The notes beneath the pieces were generated by a model that did no database searches, was not told where the DNA came from, and saw nothing but the letters and a program-made list of their open reading frames with translations. This document shows, piece after piece, positions 33,695 to 43,410 of a stretch of 64,000 nucleotides of DNA (position 1 is its first letter; each line of letters opens with the position of its first letter). The DNA comes from Candidatus Sulfomarinibacteraceae bacterium (lineage in GTDB: Bacteria; Acidobacteriota; Thermoanaerobaculia; Thermoanaerobaculales; Sulfomarinibacteraceae), in the NCBI GenBank assembly GCA_963796455.1, contig CAWCLO010000002.1, positions 32,001-96,000 on the forward strand. Reading direction: 5' to 3'. Position numbers and translations under genes: made by a program.

Positions 33695-35337
33695 GTGACC
33701 ATGGTCTCCGCATCGGCACCGGTTGCCGGACGCTCGCGACGGCGGAAGGCCACGATGGCGGCAATCGCGGCCAGGACGAGCAGGATGATCAAAGCCCCGG
33801 TTGCGATCTGGAACCAGCGGCTCTCGGGAGTCACGCGCAAGAGATAAATCCGGTACGAGGTGTTCGACATCGGGTCGAGATCGGCGGCGCTTCCGACGGC
33901 TGGCCAGAAGTCCTCGGCGGCGAGGTCATGGGTAAAGGCATCCGAATTCTGGACCCGAATCGAAAAAACCGGGCCCGATCGGAAGCTGTTGCGCTTGAGA
34001 TCGAGCCACGTCACCCGCTGGGCTGGTGCGGAGTAATCGGGCGGCAGGGTCAGGGTTGAATCGCGAATCACCCGCGGGCGTCGCCCGCTGTACGGCCAGA
34101 CGGCGCGGATTCGGTGAAGCCGTCCGTGGATCAAATCGACGATGCGCCGGGTGAGGTCCTGAGGATCGCGGAAACTGATCGGGAAGATCTGGTTTTCGAT
34201 CTCGGTTCCGGGGATTGAGCTGGTGAGCCGGGTGGCACCGTCGTGGATTTCTTCCAGGGTCCAGACGTAGTCGATGTGGGCGTGAAAGTCTTCGTCAAAT
34301 AGGACGAGTTCGGTGCTGGAGAGACGAACCGCGTGGCGCGCCGCCTCGACCATGGCGACCGTCCCCGGATGGTCGTTGGCGGCGCGAACATCCACGGTGA
34401 CCCGCGATACCTGTTCGCGAGCCTGCCAGCGCAGATCCGCAAGGGCGGCCCGGGCCTCGGGGGCATCGATGATATCGACCCAGCGAGCAAAATCGCCAAC
34501 CCCGATCTCATCCGGAGGCATCTCTCGGATGGCTGTTCGAAGGCGTTCCTTCAGTTCGGTCGGCGCCCACCGCGAGCAGACCAGCAGATCGTTGGGTATG
34601 GTTGTCGGCAGCCGCACGAAAACCACCGATTGGCCGACCGCACGATCTGCAGGGCTGGCTGACTCACTTTCAAATCGCGCCCGCGTACCGTCCCACACCG
34701 CTGCCAGATCGGCCTCACCCGCTGCCACAGCTCGAACCAGCGCGCTCGAGCTGTTGCTTGAAATCGCGGCCACATCGATCGCCGCCAGGGATTCGGTTGC
34801 TTCGGGCATATGGAAGACACTGTTGGCGCGGAAGTGGAGCGACGGCAAGAAGAAGCTCGAGGTCGAGAAAAGATTGTGATAGATGAAACGGGCTCGATGA
34901 CCCCGGGACGCCACGAAGTCGATCACATCCGAGGCGGTCGGATTGGCTGGCAGGTCCTCGCGCCGCAGCACGAAGTAGGAGCTGTAGGTCGTAGCGCCGG
35001 TGGCCTGGCCGACGTAGGTGGCGATGACCTCCATGTCGGCACCCAGCATCTCCGAAACGACCTGAACGTAGGGCGTGGTGCGGGCGAGAACCAGTCCGTC
35101 CTCCGGATCCCAATTCGATAATCTTTCGATGACCTCGCCGTACTCGAGTTCCTCCGGGGCGAATCGAATCCCCGCGTTTCGCTGAAGGTATTCCTGCAAT
35201 CTTTTGTCGGCCTGGCGGGTCTCCTGGTCAAGGGCAACTCCGACAAAGGCCACCCGGTCTTCGGCGTGGAGACCGATTGTCGATCCAATGAACATCAGGC
35301 AGAGCACCAGGCATCTTCCCGTTGCAACTGCCCTCAT
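33691..35337 (-). CDS. Membrane-anchored PhnD-like phosphate/phosphonate-binding protein with a C-terminal extension
   Basis: GGAGG RBS; signal peptide; TYSSYFVLR, STSSFFLP, VRAVAAGEADLAAVW, IPNDLLV; C-terminal TM followed by RRR; stop overlaps the kinase start (GTGA). Confidence 0.75.
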   Translation of the reverse strand: MRAVATGRCLVLCLMFIGSTIGLHAEDRVAFVGVALDQETRQADKRLQEYLQRNAGIRFAPEELEYGEVIERLSNWDPEDGLVLARTTPYVQVVSEMLGADMEVIATYVGQATGATTYSSYFVLRREDLPANPTASDVIDFVASRGHRARFIYHNLFSTSSFFLPSLHFRANSVFHMPEATESLAAIDVAAISSNSSSALVRAVAAGEADLAAVWDGTRARFESESASPADRAVGQSVVFVRLPTTIPNDLLVCSRWAPTELKERLRTAIREMPPDEIGVGDFARWVDIIDAPEARAALADLRWQAREQVSRVTVDVRAANDHPGTVAMVEAARHAVRLSSTELVLFDEDFHAHIDYVWTLEEIHDGATRLTSSIPGTEIENQIFPISFRDPQDLTRRIVDLIHGRLHRIRAVWPYSGRRPRVIRDSTLTLPPDYSAPAQRVTWLDLKRNSFRSGPVFSIRVQNSDAFTHDLAAEDFWPAVGSAADLDPMSNTSYRIYLLRVTPESRWFQIATGALIILLVLAAIAAIVAFRRRERPATGADAETMVT

Positions 35338-35399
35338 CGTGAACCTCCCACCACTTCGATGAGCAAAGGATAGCAAGAACGGGCCCCGATGGCTTCGAC

Positions 35400-36662
35400 T
35401 CAGATCGGGATGAGGTCTTCCAGGTGTTCCTCGGGGACGAGCCAGTCGACGGGTGGGTCGCCGTTGAGACTCCTGAGTGAGTGATCTACTGTGTCGCGGA
35501 TGTAGCGGCCCCATATCTTGAAGGGGAGTTGATCCACTTCGACCGCCGATGAGACGGCCAGCCGCAACATGTACTCGATGATAAAGGAGGCGTTGCGGGC
35601 GATCCGTCCGTAGTCGTTGGCCAGGCTTCGCTGATCGAGGATCCGCTGCTCGTGAATCCCGACCCCGAATTCCGATTCGACCAGGTCTTCGAATGAGGTC
35701 AGAATAAGCTCGACGCGAAAGGTACGGTGGCAGCTTTCGATATAGGCGCGGAAACGGCGATCGAGGCCATCGAGAGACAGACCGCGGCCGGCCGCAAAGG
35801 ACCAGTCGATGCCATCCATGTTGGCCAGGATCTGTTCGTTTGGCGGGAGTTCCAGATCGACAACCTGGTGGATCCCCACATAGGCCCCGTCGTGTACTCT
35901 GCGATGGAATGCCCAGGTGTACTCCAGCCCATCCAGCGACGCCTCGACCCGTTCGAGTTCTGCCGGGGTCCCGATAATTTTGACCCCGATTACGTCGTCG
36001 ACCCGAAGCGAGTCCGGTTCGAGAGTGAGGCGTCCGGAACGGATGCGGTCGGCAACCAGTCGTTCGGCGGCTCCACCAACCGCGGCCGGTGCTCCCGGCG
36101 GACCGTCGATCTCCGATCGATCGGAGAGTCGCCGCTTCGGCCGGCTTCCAGCAAGGGCACGGGCGACCTTGTCGATCTCGCCGGTCAGTTGTTCGGCGAC
36201 CTTTCGCGAGACCTTGTCAGCGACCCGTCGAATTCTCTTGCGTCGAACGATGGCTGCCAGTTTTCCGGTTCGATGGGTCACCAGCGACATCCGGACCGGG
36301 GTGTGGGGAAAGAACTCCTCCGGCAGCTGCCGGTACCAGTCGATCAGTTCGGCCACCCGGGTTGAAGGGTGGGCCGCGGCGGCGACGATCGCGTCGCGGA
36401 CCGCGTCCTTGTTCGAGATCCGCTCCATGTAGAGGTCGCCTTTGTGACAGGTCCGACAGAGATCGGCGACGAATCTCCGGACCACCGGCGCGGTGATGGC
36501 ACGCTCGAAGGCAAAGATCTCGGTCAGGATGCGGCCATCCTCAGGCTCGGGCCGATCGGCGAGCCAGCGGGTGGCGACATCGAAAAATCGGTCGCGGTGG
36601 GTGAGTCCGGAAAGGTACATCGAGTCGTAGATCAGTTCGTGGGCTTTGTCGATCGGGCCCAC
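35400..36662 (-). CDS. Divergent stand-alone RelA/SpoT synthetase-fold nucleotidyltransferase
   Basis: Motifs in order: RRKRIRRVADK (RxKxxxSxxxK-like), DDVIGVKII (D..G.RI-like), GAYVGIH (GY.S.H-like), ELILTSFEDLVESEFGVGIH (EIQIRT..MH..AE.G.AAH-like, with E, G and H in register). Confidence 0.6.
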   Translation of the reverse strand: MGPIDKAHELIYDSMYLSGLTHRDRFFDVATRWLADRPEPEDGRILTEIFAFERAITAPVVRRFVADLCRTCHKGDLYMERISNKDAVRDAIVAAAAHPSTRVAELIDWYRQLPEEFFPHTPVRMSLVTHRTGKLAAIVRRKRIRRVADKVSRKVAEQLTGEIDKVARALAGSRPKRRLSDRSEIDGPPGAPAAVGGAAERLVADRIRSGRLTLEPDSLRVDDVIGVKIIGTPAELERVEASLDGLEYTWAFHRRVHDGAYVGIHQVVDLELPPNEQILANMDGIDWSFAAGRGLSLDGLDRRFRAYIESCHRTFRVELILTSFEDLVESEFGVGIHEQRILDQRSLANDYGRIARNASFIIEYMLRLAVSSAVEVDQLPFKIWGRYIRDTVDHSLRSLNGDPPVDWLVPEEHLEDLIPI

Positions 36663-36707
36663 ACTCCATGGTATCTCAACAGCGGTCGCGTCGCACCCGG
36701 CATCTCG

Positions 36708-38471
36708 TCACGGTGTGGATGAAGACCACGCCGCGGTGAGCCCGCTGTCGAATCCATCCTCGAAGATTTCATCAAGGGTCCAGAACCCGTTGGCCTGACC
36801 CGTGCGGAGCGGCCCGCCGCGGGCGGTCGCCCACAGGATGCAATTGGTGCCGGAACCGGGCACGGTGAAGACGTCGAGGCCGTGGTCAAAGGTCTGGACA
36901 AAGATTTCGAGCTGGCCGTCGCCGTCGAGATCTCCCACCGCCGGAGCGGCGGGCGCGCCGTTGCCGTTGCCGTTGTGGCCGGGATTCGGCAGCGCCAGAT
37001 CGTGCAGCACCGTGCCGCCCGATGACAAAACCATGAGGCGGCCGGAGTCGTGGACAGCAGGGTCACCATAGGTGGCGAGGAGGAGTTCCGGTTCACCATC
37101 CCGGTTGAGATCGGCAATCGAGACTTCGGTGCCGAAGAGGATCGTTTTTCCGTGACGGATATCCGTGTTCCATCGCCGGCTCCCGTCGGCGTTGTAGGCG
37201 GAAACAAAACCGTCATTGAGCGACACGATGATCTCCAGGCGATCGTCTCCGGCGATATCCACGAGAGCGGGCGCCGGCACCCCATAGGGTGGGTACCAAC
37301 CATCGACATCGATGGGTGTGCCGCCGCGAGGCAGCCTCTCCCAGCCTTCCTTGCGCCGTGCCGATCGTTCGCCGTCTCCATGGGCGCCCTCGAGCACCAT
37401 GACGGCGTAGGCCTGGGTCACGTAGGGCACGTTCATTTCAACGTTGGGCACGCCGATGACCTCGTTCACACCGTCAAGATCGAGATCTGCCACTCCCGGG
37501 GGCGAGGCCGTCCACTGGAGCCATTCGGTCCAGTTCGGGTGGGGCCAGGTCCCGGTGTGGTCGTGGTAGTGGTCGCTCTCCACCTCGGGATCCGCCCAGC
37601 GGATGAACTGGCCCCAGGTGAGACGGTTGCCCACCCAGGGCGATGATCGGTTGGTATAGAAGCTCGATGAGTCGATGGCCACACCGTCGTGATCGAAGGC
37701 CTGGATGTGGTGGTTGTCGTATGTGGCGATGATCTCTTGCTCCGAATCATTGTCGATGTTTCCGACGCCCACATTGAGACCGTAACAACCAAAACCCGAG
37801 TGGCCCTGCCCGTTGCGGTCGGCATCGTTGCCCGATCCGGTCAGAGCGTTGTATCTGGGCCAGGCAGGGCTGTGTCCGCCTGCCGGCTGAAAGACCGATC
37901 CGTCCGCGGCAAACACAAAGATCTGTGCGCCGCCGGAGGAGGTTGGCACGGTCTGGGTGGTCGTGACGATGATTTCGACGGTGCCGTCGCGATCGAGATC
38001 GGCCGCGGCCATACCGCGGATTTCGGGTTCGTTGCCCCCGGTGGTGGTATCGGCCGGCCATCCGTTCTTGACTGTCAGCTCGCCTTCGACCCATTCCCAG
38101 GCCCACACCTCGTGGCCACGCCCTGCGACAACCTCCATGGTGCCGTCGCGATCGATATCGGCCACGACGTGAGGGGCATAGACCCGCCCATCGCCATCGG
38201 TGGCCGTGTCGAGCAGGGATCGGTCGCTGCCGAATACATAAACATCGTAGTAGGCGGCAATGAGTTCGGCCGAGCCATCATCGTCAAGATCGGCAACTAC
38301 AGGGGATGCATACCAGCTGGTCTGTCCCGTGAGGTTGGCGACGAACACGGGTGCCTGGGTCGGTCCACCCGAGATCCCACTCTGACACGAAGGCCCGTCA
38401 TCGGCTGCCGCGGCCGAAGCTGCCGACAAAACCGCCGCCAACAAGATCGAGACCCCGTTCATCCGCCGCAT
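36708..38471 (-). CDS. Secreted FG-GAP/VCBS repeat protein with a C-terminal IFEDGFDSG..W motif
   Basis: GGAGG RBS; signal peptide; about 7 (A/G)DLD.DG..E repeats. Confidence 0.88.
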   Translation of the reverse strand: MRRMNGVSILLAAVLSAASAAAADDGPSCQSGISGGPTQAPVFVANLTGQTSWYASPVVADLDDDGSAELIAAYYDVYVFGSDRSLLDTATDGDGRVYAPHVVADIDRDGTMEVVAGRGHEVWAWEWVEGELTVKNGWPADTTTGGNEPEIRGMAAADLDRDGTVEIIVTTTQTVPTSSGGAQIFVFAADGSVFQPAGGHSPAWPRYNALTGSGNDADRNGQGHSGFGCYGLNVGVGNIDNDSEQEIIATYDNHHIQAFDHDGVAIDSSSFYTNRSSPWVGNRLTWGQFIRWADPEVESDHYHDHTGTWPHPNWTEWLQWTASPPGVADLDLDGVNEVIGVPNVEMNVPYVTQAYAVMVLEGAHGDGERSARRKEGWERLPRGGTPIDVDGWYPPYGVPAPALVDIAGDDRLEIIVSLNDGFVSAYNADGSRRWNTDIRHGKTILFGTEVSIADLNRDGEPELLLATYGDPAVHDSGRLMVLSSGGTVLHDLALPNPGHNGNGNGAPAAPAVGDLDGDGQLEIFVQTFDHGLDVFTVPGSGTNCILWATARGGPLRTGQANGFWTLDEIFEDGFDSGLTAAWSSSTP

Positions 38472-38571
38472 CAGATGCCTCCATTTTTTATTATCCCCTG
38501 GAGCGACCGTTTCGCCCGTGACCGGGGCCACGCCTGGATGAATGTTATTTACCGCCGATGCGTAGAATCCA

Positions 38572-39522
38572 ATGGAACCCGGGGATACACTCATGGTCGT
38601 CATGGCAGTGCAAATGCAACATCACGAAATCGCCTGCGAGTCCTGTGGCGCCAAGATCCTCTTCGAAGCGCTCCACCGGACGACCCGGTGCCCCTATTGC
38701 GATTCGCCATCGGTGATCGACCGACCGGCCACCCCGGACCGACCGGACCCGGTCTTTGCGGTCGGTTTCACGGTGGACCAGATGCAGGCGATTGCCGGCG
38801 TCCGGCGCCACGTCGGTTCCAGGAAATGGGCTCCGGCGGGCCTCAAAAATGCTGCCGCCGAGCGGGTCCGCGGAATCTACGTTCCGACCTATCTCTACTC
38901 GGCCCATGCATCTTCGGTTTTTTCCGCCAGGATCGGTGAGGACTACTACGTGCGAGTCGTGAGCACCGATTCCAAGGGTCGGACGAGGGTCAAGAAAAAA
39001 CGGAAGACCGAATACCGGACGCTCGAGGGAACCCATGAAGCTTACGTGGGAGATCTCCTCGTCACCGCCTCAAGGGGGATTCCCAATACCGAGGTGGAGT
39101 GGCTCGAGCCATACGATCTGGCCCAGCTGCGACGGTATTCACCCGCCCTCATCTCGGGGTGGATCTCCGAAGAACCATCCTTGACCCGCGAGGAATGTCT
39201 CGAGCTCGCCCGTGGTGAGAGCCAGTCGATGATCGGTCGACTGCTGCGCCGTTTCATGCCGGGGGACAGCCACTCCGATCTTCGCTACCGCACTGAGCTT
39301 CGGGATGAGGCCATCGATCTGACCCTGGTGCCGGTCTGGATGCTCGCCCTCCGTTGGCACGAGAAGAAGCAACCGATTCGAATCCTGGTCAATGGGCAGA
39401 CCGGCGAGGTGGTCGGAGAGATCCCAATCTCGTGGACCAGGATCGCTGCCACCATTGCCATCGGGCTCGGTCTCCTGGCCGTGCCCGTCCTCGTCTTGTT
39501 CCTTGTGGGGCTCTTCCGATGA
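38572..39522 (+). CDS. Zinc-ribbon membrane protein
   Basis: CESCGA...CPYCDS; LVPVW; LVNGQTGEV.G..P.SW; C-terminal TM. The exact start is uncertain (possibly 38593-38614). Confidence 0.8.
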   Translation: MEPGDTLMVVMAVQMQHHEIACESCGAKILFEALHRTTRCPYCDSPSVIDRPATPDRPDPVFAVGFTVDQMQAIAGVRRHVGSRKWAPAGLKNAAAERVRGIYVPTYLYSAHASSVFSARIGEDYYVRVVSTDSKGRTRVKKKRKTEYRTLEGTHEAYVGDLLVTASRGIPNTEVEWLEPYDLAQLRRYSPALISGWISEEPSLTREECLELARGESQSMIGRLLRRFMPGDSHSDLRYRTELRDEAIDLTLVPVWMLALRWHEKKQPIRILVNGQTGEVVGEIPISWTRIAATIAIGLGLLAVPVLVLFLVGLFR

Positions 39523-40478
39523 GTGGCTTTGAGATCCACTGCCAACGGTGTGAGAGCCCGCTCGAAAAAGAGGATCTTCGGTGCCCGATCTGCAGCCATG
39601 CCGCATCGAGCACTGCGCCCGAAGATCTGGCGTCCGCCGAGGTCGAAGTGCTGCGCTGCGAGGGATGCGGCGCGGCGGTTTCTTATGACGTCTCTGCAAG
39701 GGCCCCGAGTTGCGCGTTCTGTGCTTCGACCATGGTGGTGGAGGTGCCATCGGACCCGCTCGAACAAACCGAGTTCTTTCTTCCCTTCACGGTTGATCCC
39801 TCTGCCGCCGAGTCCGCCTTCAGACGGTGGCTCGGCGGTCTCGGGTGGTTTCGGCCGTCAAAACTTGGCAGCAGGAGCACCATCGAACAGCTGCGGCCCC
39901 TGTGGTGGGTCGCCTGGGTGTTCGATGCTGATGCGATCGTGAGCTGGGCGGCCGACAGCGATGCCGGGAGTCGGCGCTCGGACTGGGCGCCCCACGCGGG
40001 CCGGGCGATCCTCGAGTTCGATGATGTGGCGGTTTCGGCATCGAGGGGGCTCTCGGCCGAAGAGACCGCCTTTCTCGGCGCGAGCTATGAATTGTCCAGC
40101 GCGTTCGACGAGCCGTCCGGTGCGGAGGGTCAGGCGGCCACGGAGCAGTTCGATCTCCCCCGCTCAGCGGCGCGTAAACGGGTCGCGGAGATGATCGAAC
40201 ATACAGCCAAGGTCCGTCTCGAGGATGGCTATATCCCGGGCCGGCGCTTCCGCAATCTCCACACGGAGGTGCTGCTTCGACGGCTCGTGACCCGGCGCTA
40301 TGCCTTCCCGTCCTTTGTGTTGGCTTATCGTTATCGTGGCGCGCTCTACCGCGTGGTCCTGTCGGGTCAGGATTCCGACCGGATCCTCGGCGATGCCCCC
40401 TATTCGGTGGCCAAGATCCTGTTCACAGTGACCGCTTCGGTGCTCGCCATCGGGGCGCTGGCGGCCATGCTCCTGTGA
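39519..40478 (+). CDS. Zinc-ribbon membrane protein, paralog of the previous gene
   Basis: CQRC..CPIC and CEGCGA..CAFCAS; AYRYRG.LYR...SGQ....G.APYS; ATGA overlap with the previous gene. Confidence 0.8.
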   Translation: MSGFEIHCQRCESPLEKEDLRCPICSHAASSTAPEDLASAEVEVLRCEGCGAAVSYDVSARAPSCAFCASTMVVEVPSDPLEQTEFFLPFTVDPSAAESAFRRWLGGLGWFRPSKLGSRSTIEQLRPLWWVAWVFDADAIVSWAADSDAGSRRSDWAPHAGRAILEFDDVAVSASRGLSAEETAFLGASYELSSAFDEPSGAEGQAATEQFDLPRSAARKRVAEMIEHTAKVRLEDGYIPGRRFRNLHTEVLLRRLVTRRYAFPSFVLAYRYRGALYRVVLSGQDSDRILGDAPYSVAKILFTVTASVLAIGALAAMLL

Positions 40479-40547
40479 CGGCAAACGTCCGCGGCGCCTC
40501 CACCTCAGCTGCGTAAATTTTGCCGGTTGCGTTATGATCACCGCCGG

Positions 40548-41024
40548 ATGAAAAGGGTGTCTCGATTCAGTTGTGGCCGTACGGTCCTTCTCTGTCTGCT
40601 CGCAGCGGCCGGCATGTCCTGTGCGACGGCAGGGCCGATGCCGGAGGTCGATCTGATGGATCCGGGCTGGACGGTCTGGACCGGTCAGGCCTTGTGGCAA
40701 CCCCCCGGCGACAACCCCAGGATTGCCGGCGAGTTGGTGGCGGCGCAGAACTCGAGCGGCGATGTGGTGGTGAGTTTCTCCAAGGCTTCGTTGACGATCT
40801 TTACGGCCCAGGTGGCCGGTTCGGATTGGCGGCTCGATTTCATCGCACGAAGATCTTACGGTGGGCATGGCGGTCCGCCTAAGAGATTCGTCTGGTTTCG
40901 TCTGCCCGGGATTCTCGAGGGAGGCGATGCGCCGGAGAAGTGGCAGCTCGAGCGGCCTTACGACGATGAACTGGTCATGACCAATCCTTCGAGCGGCGAA
41001 TCCATCACGGTGGTGCTCGACTGA
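40548..41024 (+). CDS. Hypothetical lipoprotein (possibly LolB-like beta fold)
   Basis: Lipobox-like AGMSC; translationally coupled to the MMPL gene. Confidence 0.6.
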   Translation: MKRVSRFSCGRTVLLCLLAAAGMSCATAGPMPEVDLMDPGWTVWTGQALWQPPGDNPRIAGELVAAQNSSGDVVVSFSKASLTIFTAQVAGSDWRLDFIARRSYGGHGGPPKRFVWFRLPGILEGGDAPEKWQLERPYDDELVMTNPSSGESITVVLD

Positions 41025-43408
41025 TGAAGCGCTGGTTGCTGATTGCGGTTGTGGTTGCGGTGGTGCTTTTCGCCGGTCTGAGCCGATTCGATCTTGACGC
41101 GGACATTTTTGGTCTGTTGCCGCGGGACGCACCTACCGTCCAGGGCCTCAAGCTCTATCAGGAGACCTTCGGTTCGTCCCGCGAACTCATGCTGACCGTG
41201 CGGTCGCCGGACGCAGACCTCACCGAGCAGAGCGCGCGGTCGCTGGCCGAGGCCCTCGCAGGAGCGGATCTCACGGATCGTGCTTTGTGGAGGGATCCCT
41301 TTCGCGACGACCCGGAAGCACTCGCCGAGCTTCTCGCTTTTCTGTGGTTCAACCAGGACCCCGAGGTTTTTGCTGATTTTGCCCGGCGATTTGACGACGA
41401 TCAGATGCAGCCGACGCTGATCGACAGCATCGACCGCATGACCACATCGCTGAGGGCGGAGGAGATCGGTCGCCTCAGCCGCGACCCCTTCGCGATCACC
41501 AGCCTGCCGTCGGGCATCGAATCACCGATCAGCCGCGCGATGGAAGATCCCTTCGCGTCACCGGACGGGCTCTTCCGGGTGCTCTTTGTTGCGTTCCCAT
41601 ACGACGATGCGGGATACCTTCGGTGCCGCTCGTGGACCGGGGAGGTCACTTCGCTGGTGGATGCATGGCGTGTCGACAACGAGATCGGCGACGAGGTGGT
41701 GATCAAGATGACCGGGGATCCCGCCTTCATCGCGGAGATCGGTTCCGGTCTGGTGAGCGACATGCGGCTGGCGGCCTTCGGGACTCTGATCCTGGTGGCT
41801 GTTCTTTTCTGGCTCGTCCATCGGAGCTGGCTGCCACTTGTGTGGTTGGTCATTCTGCTGCTTTTTGTTTTGGTGGGGACGGTTGCTCTGGCGGGATTGT
41901 TTGTCGGTGCCATCAACGCGGTCAGCCTCGGATTTGCCGCGATCCTTCTCGGTTTGGCGGCCGACTATGCTCTGATCCTGTATCAGGAATTCATCAGCGA
42001 TCCAGGGCTTTCGATTGCCGATCTTCGGCGTTCCGTGGCGCCCAGTATTCTGTGGGCGGCATGCACGACCGCGGGTGCCTTTTTCATGGTTGGTCGCAGC
42101 AGTCTTCCGGGTCTGACCCAGCTGGGAAATCTGGTCGCGACGGGGATTCTACTAGCTGCAATCGTCATGCTGACCGTCTTTTTGCCGCCCCTCGCCCGAT
42201 TTGGTGCGAGCCGGCTGCCGCGGTCGCCAAAGACGCCGGCCACACCCCCGTCGACATGGATTCGAGGCGCCTGGTGGGTGACCGGTGGTGGCCTCGCTCT
42301 CTCGGCGCTCATCCTCTCGCAGCAACTTCCGGCCGTCGACTACAGCACCGAAAAACTGGGACCGAAAGAGGCCGCCGCAAAAGAGGCCCTCGACGAGATG
42401 CACCAGGGAGTCGGCGGGTTCGGCGAGGCCCTGTGGCTGCTGGTGAGCGGCAAGGACGAGGACGATGTGGCACGAAGGCTCGGCCGGGCTTCGGAAAGGC
42501 TCGATGCGGCCCAGCAGGAAGGCCTGATTGAAGACTCTGCCCTGCCGTCTGATTTGTGGCCGCGACCGCGATACCAGAAAATCAATCGCGACCTGGTAAC
42601 GGAAATCCTCGACCGTCGCGAAGCCGCCCGCGTAGCAGCTCTCGAGACCGGTTTTACCGATGAGTCTTTTGAGCTCACCGACGCGGTCTTTGACGAATGG
42701 CAGCGTTTTGCTTCGATCCGCGGAGTCGTGTGGCCGGATCGTCCGGCATCGCAGTGGGCATATCAGAAGTTCACGGCTCGGGACTCCAAGGGGCTGATGG
42801 CCCTGGGCCGGGTCGACCAGGCCGCGGGTGCGGAGGTCGGAGAACTCCGGGGTCTGATTGCGGAGCTCGACGCTGACGGCTCGAAGCTTCTCGGGTGGCC
42901 GCTGATCAGCGACGCCCTGCTCGGCATCATGAAACGGGACATCCGCCGCGTGCTGCTTCCGATGGCAGTGGTGATGTTGGTGCTTCTCGGGTTGGCGTTC
43001 CGGCGGGTGCACGAGGTCGCCCTCAGCCTGGTGACTCTGGTTTTCAGTCTTCTGGTCCTGTCGGCGGTGATGGTGGTCCTCGGCTGGTCCTGGAATCTGA
43101 TGAACGTGATGGCGCTGCCGCTGCTTTTTGGTGCTGCGGTCGACTACGGGATCCACATTCAATTGGCGCTGCGACGTTATGATGGCGACATGCGTCGTGT
43201 GCGTGAGACCGTGGGCCGCGCGATTCTGCTCTGTGGTGCGTCCACCGCGGCGGGTTTCGGGACTCTGGGGCTTGCCTCCAACGTTGGTCTGGCGAGTCTC
43301 GGAAGAATTTGCGCGGCGGGCATCGTGATCGCGGCCCTTGCCTCGGTCTTTCTATTGCCGGTGTGGTGGCGCACGACCTCCCACACGATGCCGGGGAGAG
43401 TGGACTGA
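41024..43408 (+). CDS. MMPL/RND-family exporter
   Basis: Two TM halves with ILLGLAADYA and LLFGAAVDYGIH; STAAGFGTL. Confidence 0.88.
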   Translation: MKRWLLIAVVVAVVLFAGLSRFDLDADIFGLLPRDAPTVQGLKLYQETFGSSRELMLTVRSPDADLTEQSARSLAEALAGADLTDRALWRDPFRDDPEALAELLAFLWFNQDPEVFADFARRFDDDQMQPTLIDSIDRMTTSLRAEEIGRLSRDPFAITSLPSGIESPISRAMEDPFASPDGLFRVLFVAFPYDDAGYLRCRSWTGEVTSLVDAWRVDNEIGDEVVIKMTGDPAFIAEIGSGLVSDMRLAAFGTLILVAVLFWLVHRSWLPLVWLVILLLFVLVGTVALAGLFVGAINAVSLGFAAILLGLAADYALILYQEFISDPGLSIADLRRSVAPSILWAACTTAGAFFMVGRSSLPGLTQLGNLVATGILLAAIVMLTVFLPPLARFGASRLPRSPKTPATPPSTWIRGAWWVTGGGLALSALILSQQLPAVDYSTEKLGPKEAAAKEALDEMHQGVGGFGEALWLLVSGKDEDDVARRLGRASERLDAAQQEGLIEDSALPSDLWPRPRYQKINRDLVTEILDRREAARVAALETGFTDESFELTDAVFDEWQRFASIRGVVWPDRPASQWAYQKFTARDSKGLMALGRVDQAAGAEVGELRGLIAELDADGSKLLGWPLISDALLGIMKRDIRRVLLPMAVVMLVLLGLAFRRVHEVALSLVTLVFSLLVLSAVMVVLGWSWNLMNVMALPLLFGAAVDYGIHIQLALRRYDGDMRRVRETVGRAILLCGASTAAGFGTLGLASNVGLASLGRICAAGIVIAALASVFLLPVWWRTTSHTMPGRVD

Positions 43409-43410
43409 AA

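Noticed and set aside
37689..38939. 416-aa plus-strand ORF
   Set aside because: Antisense shadow of the FG-GAP gene.
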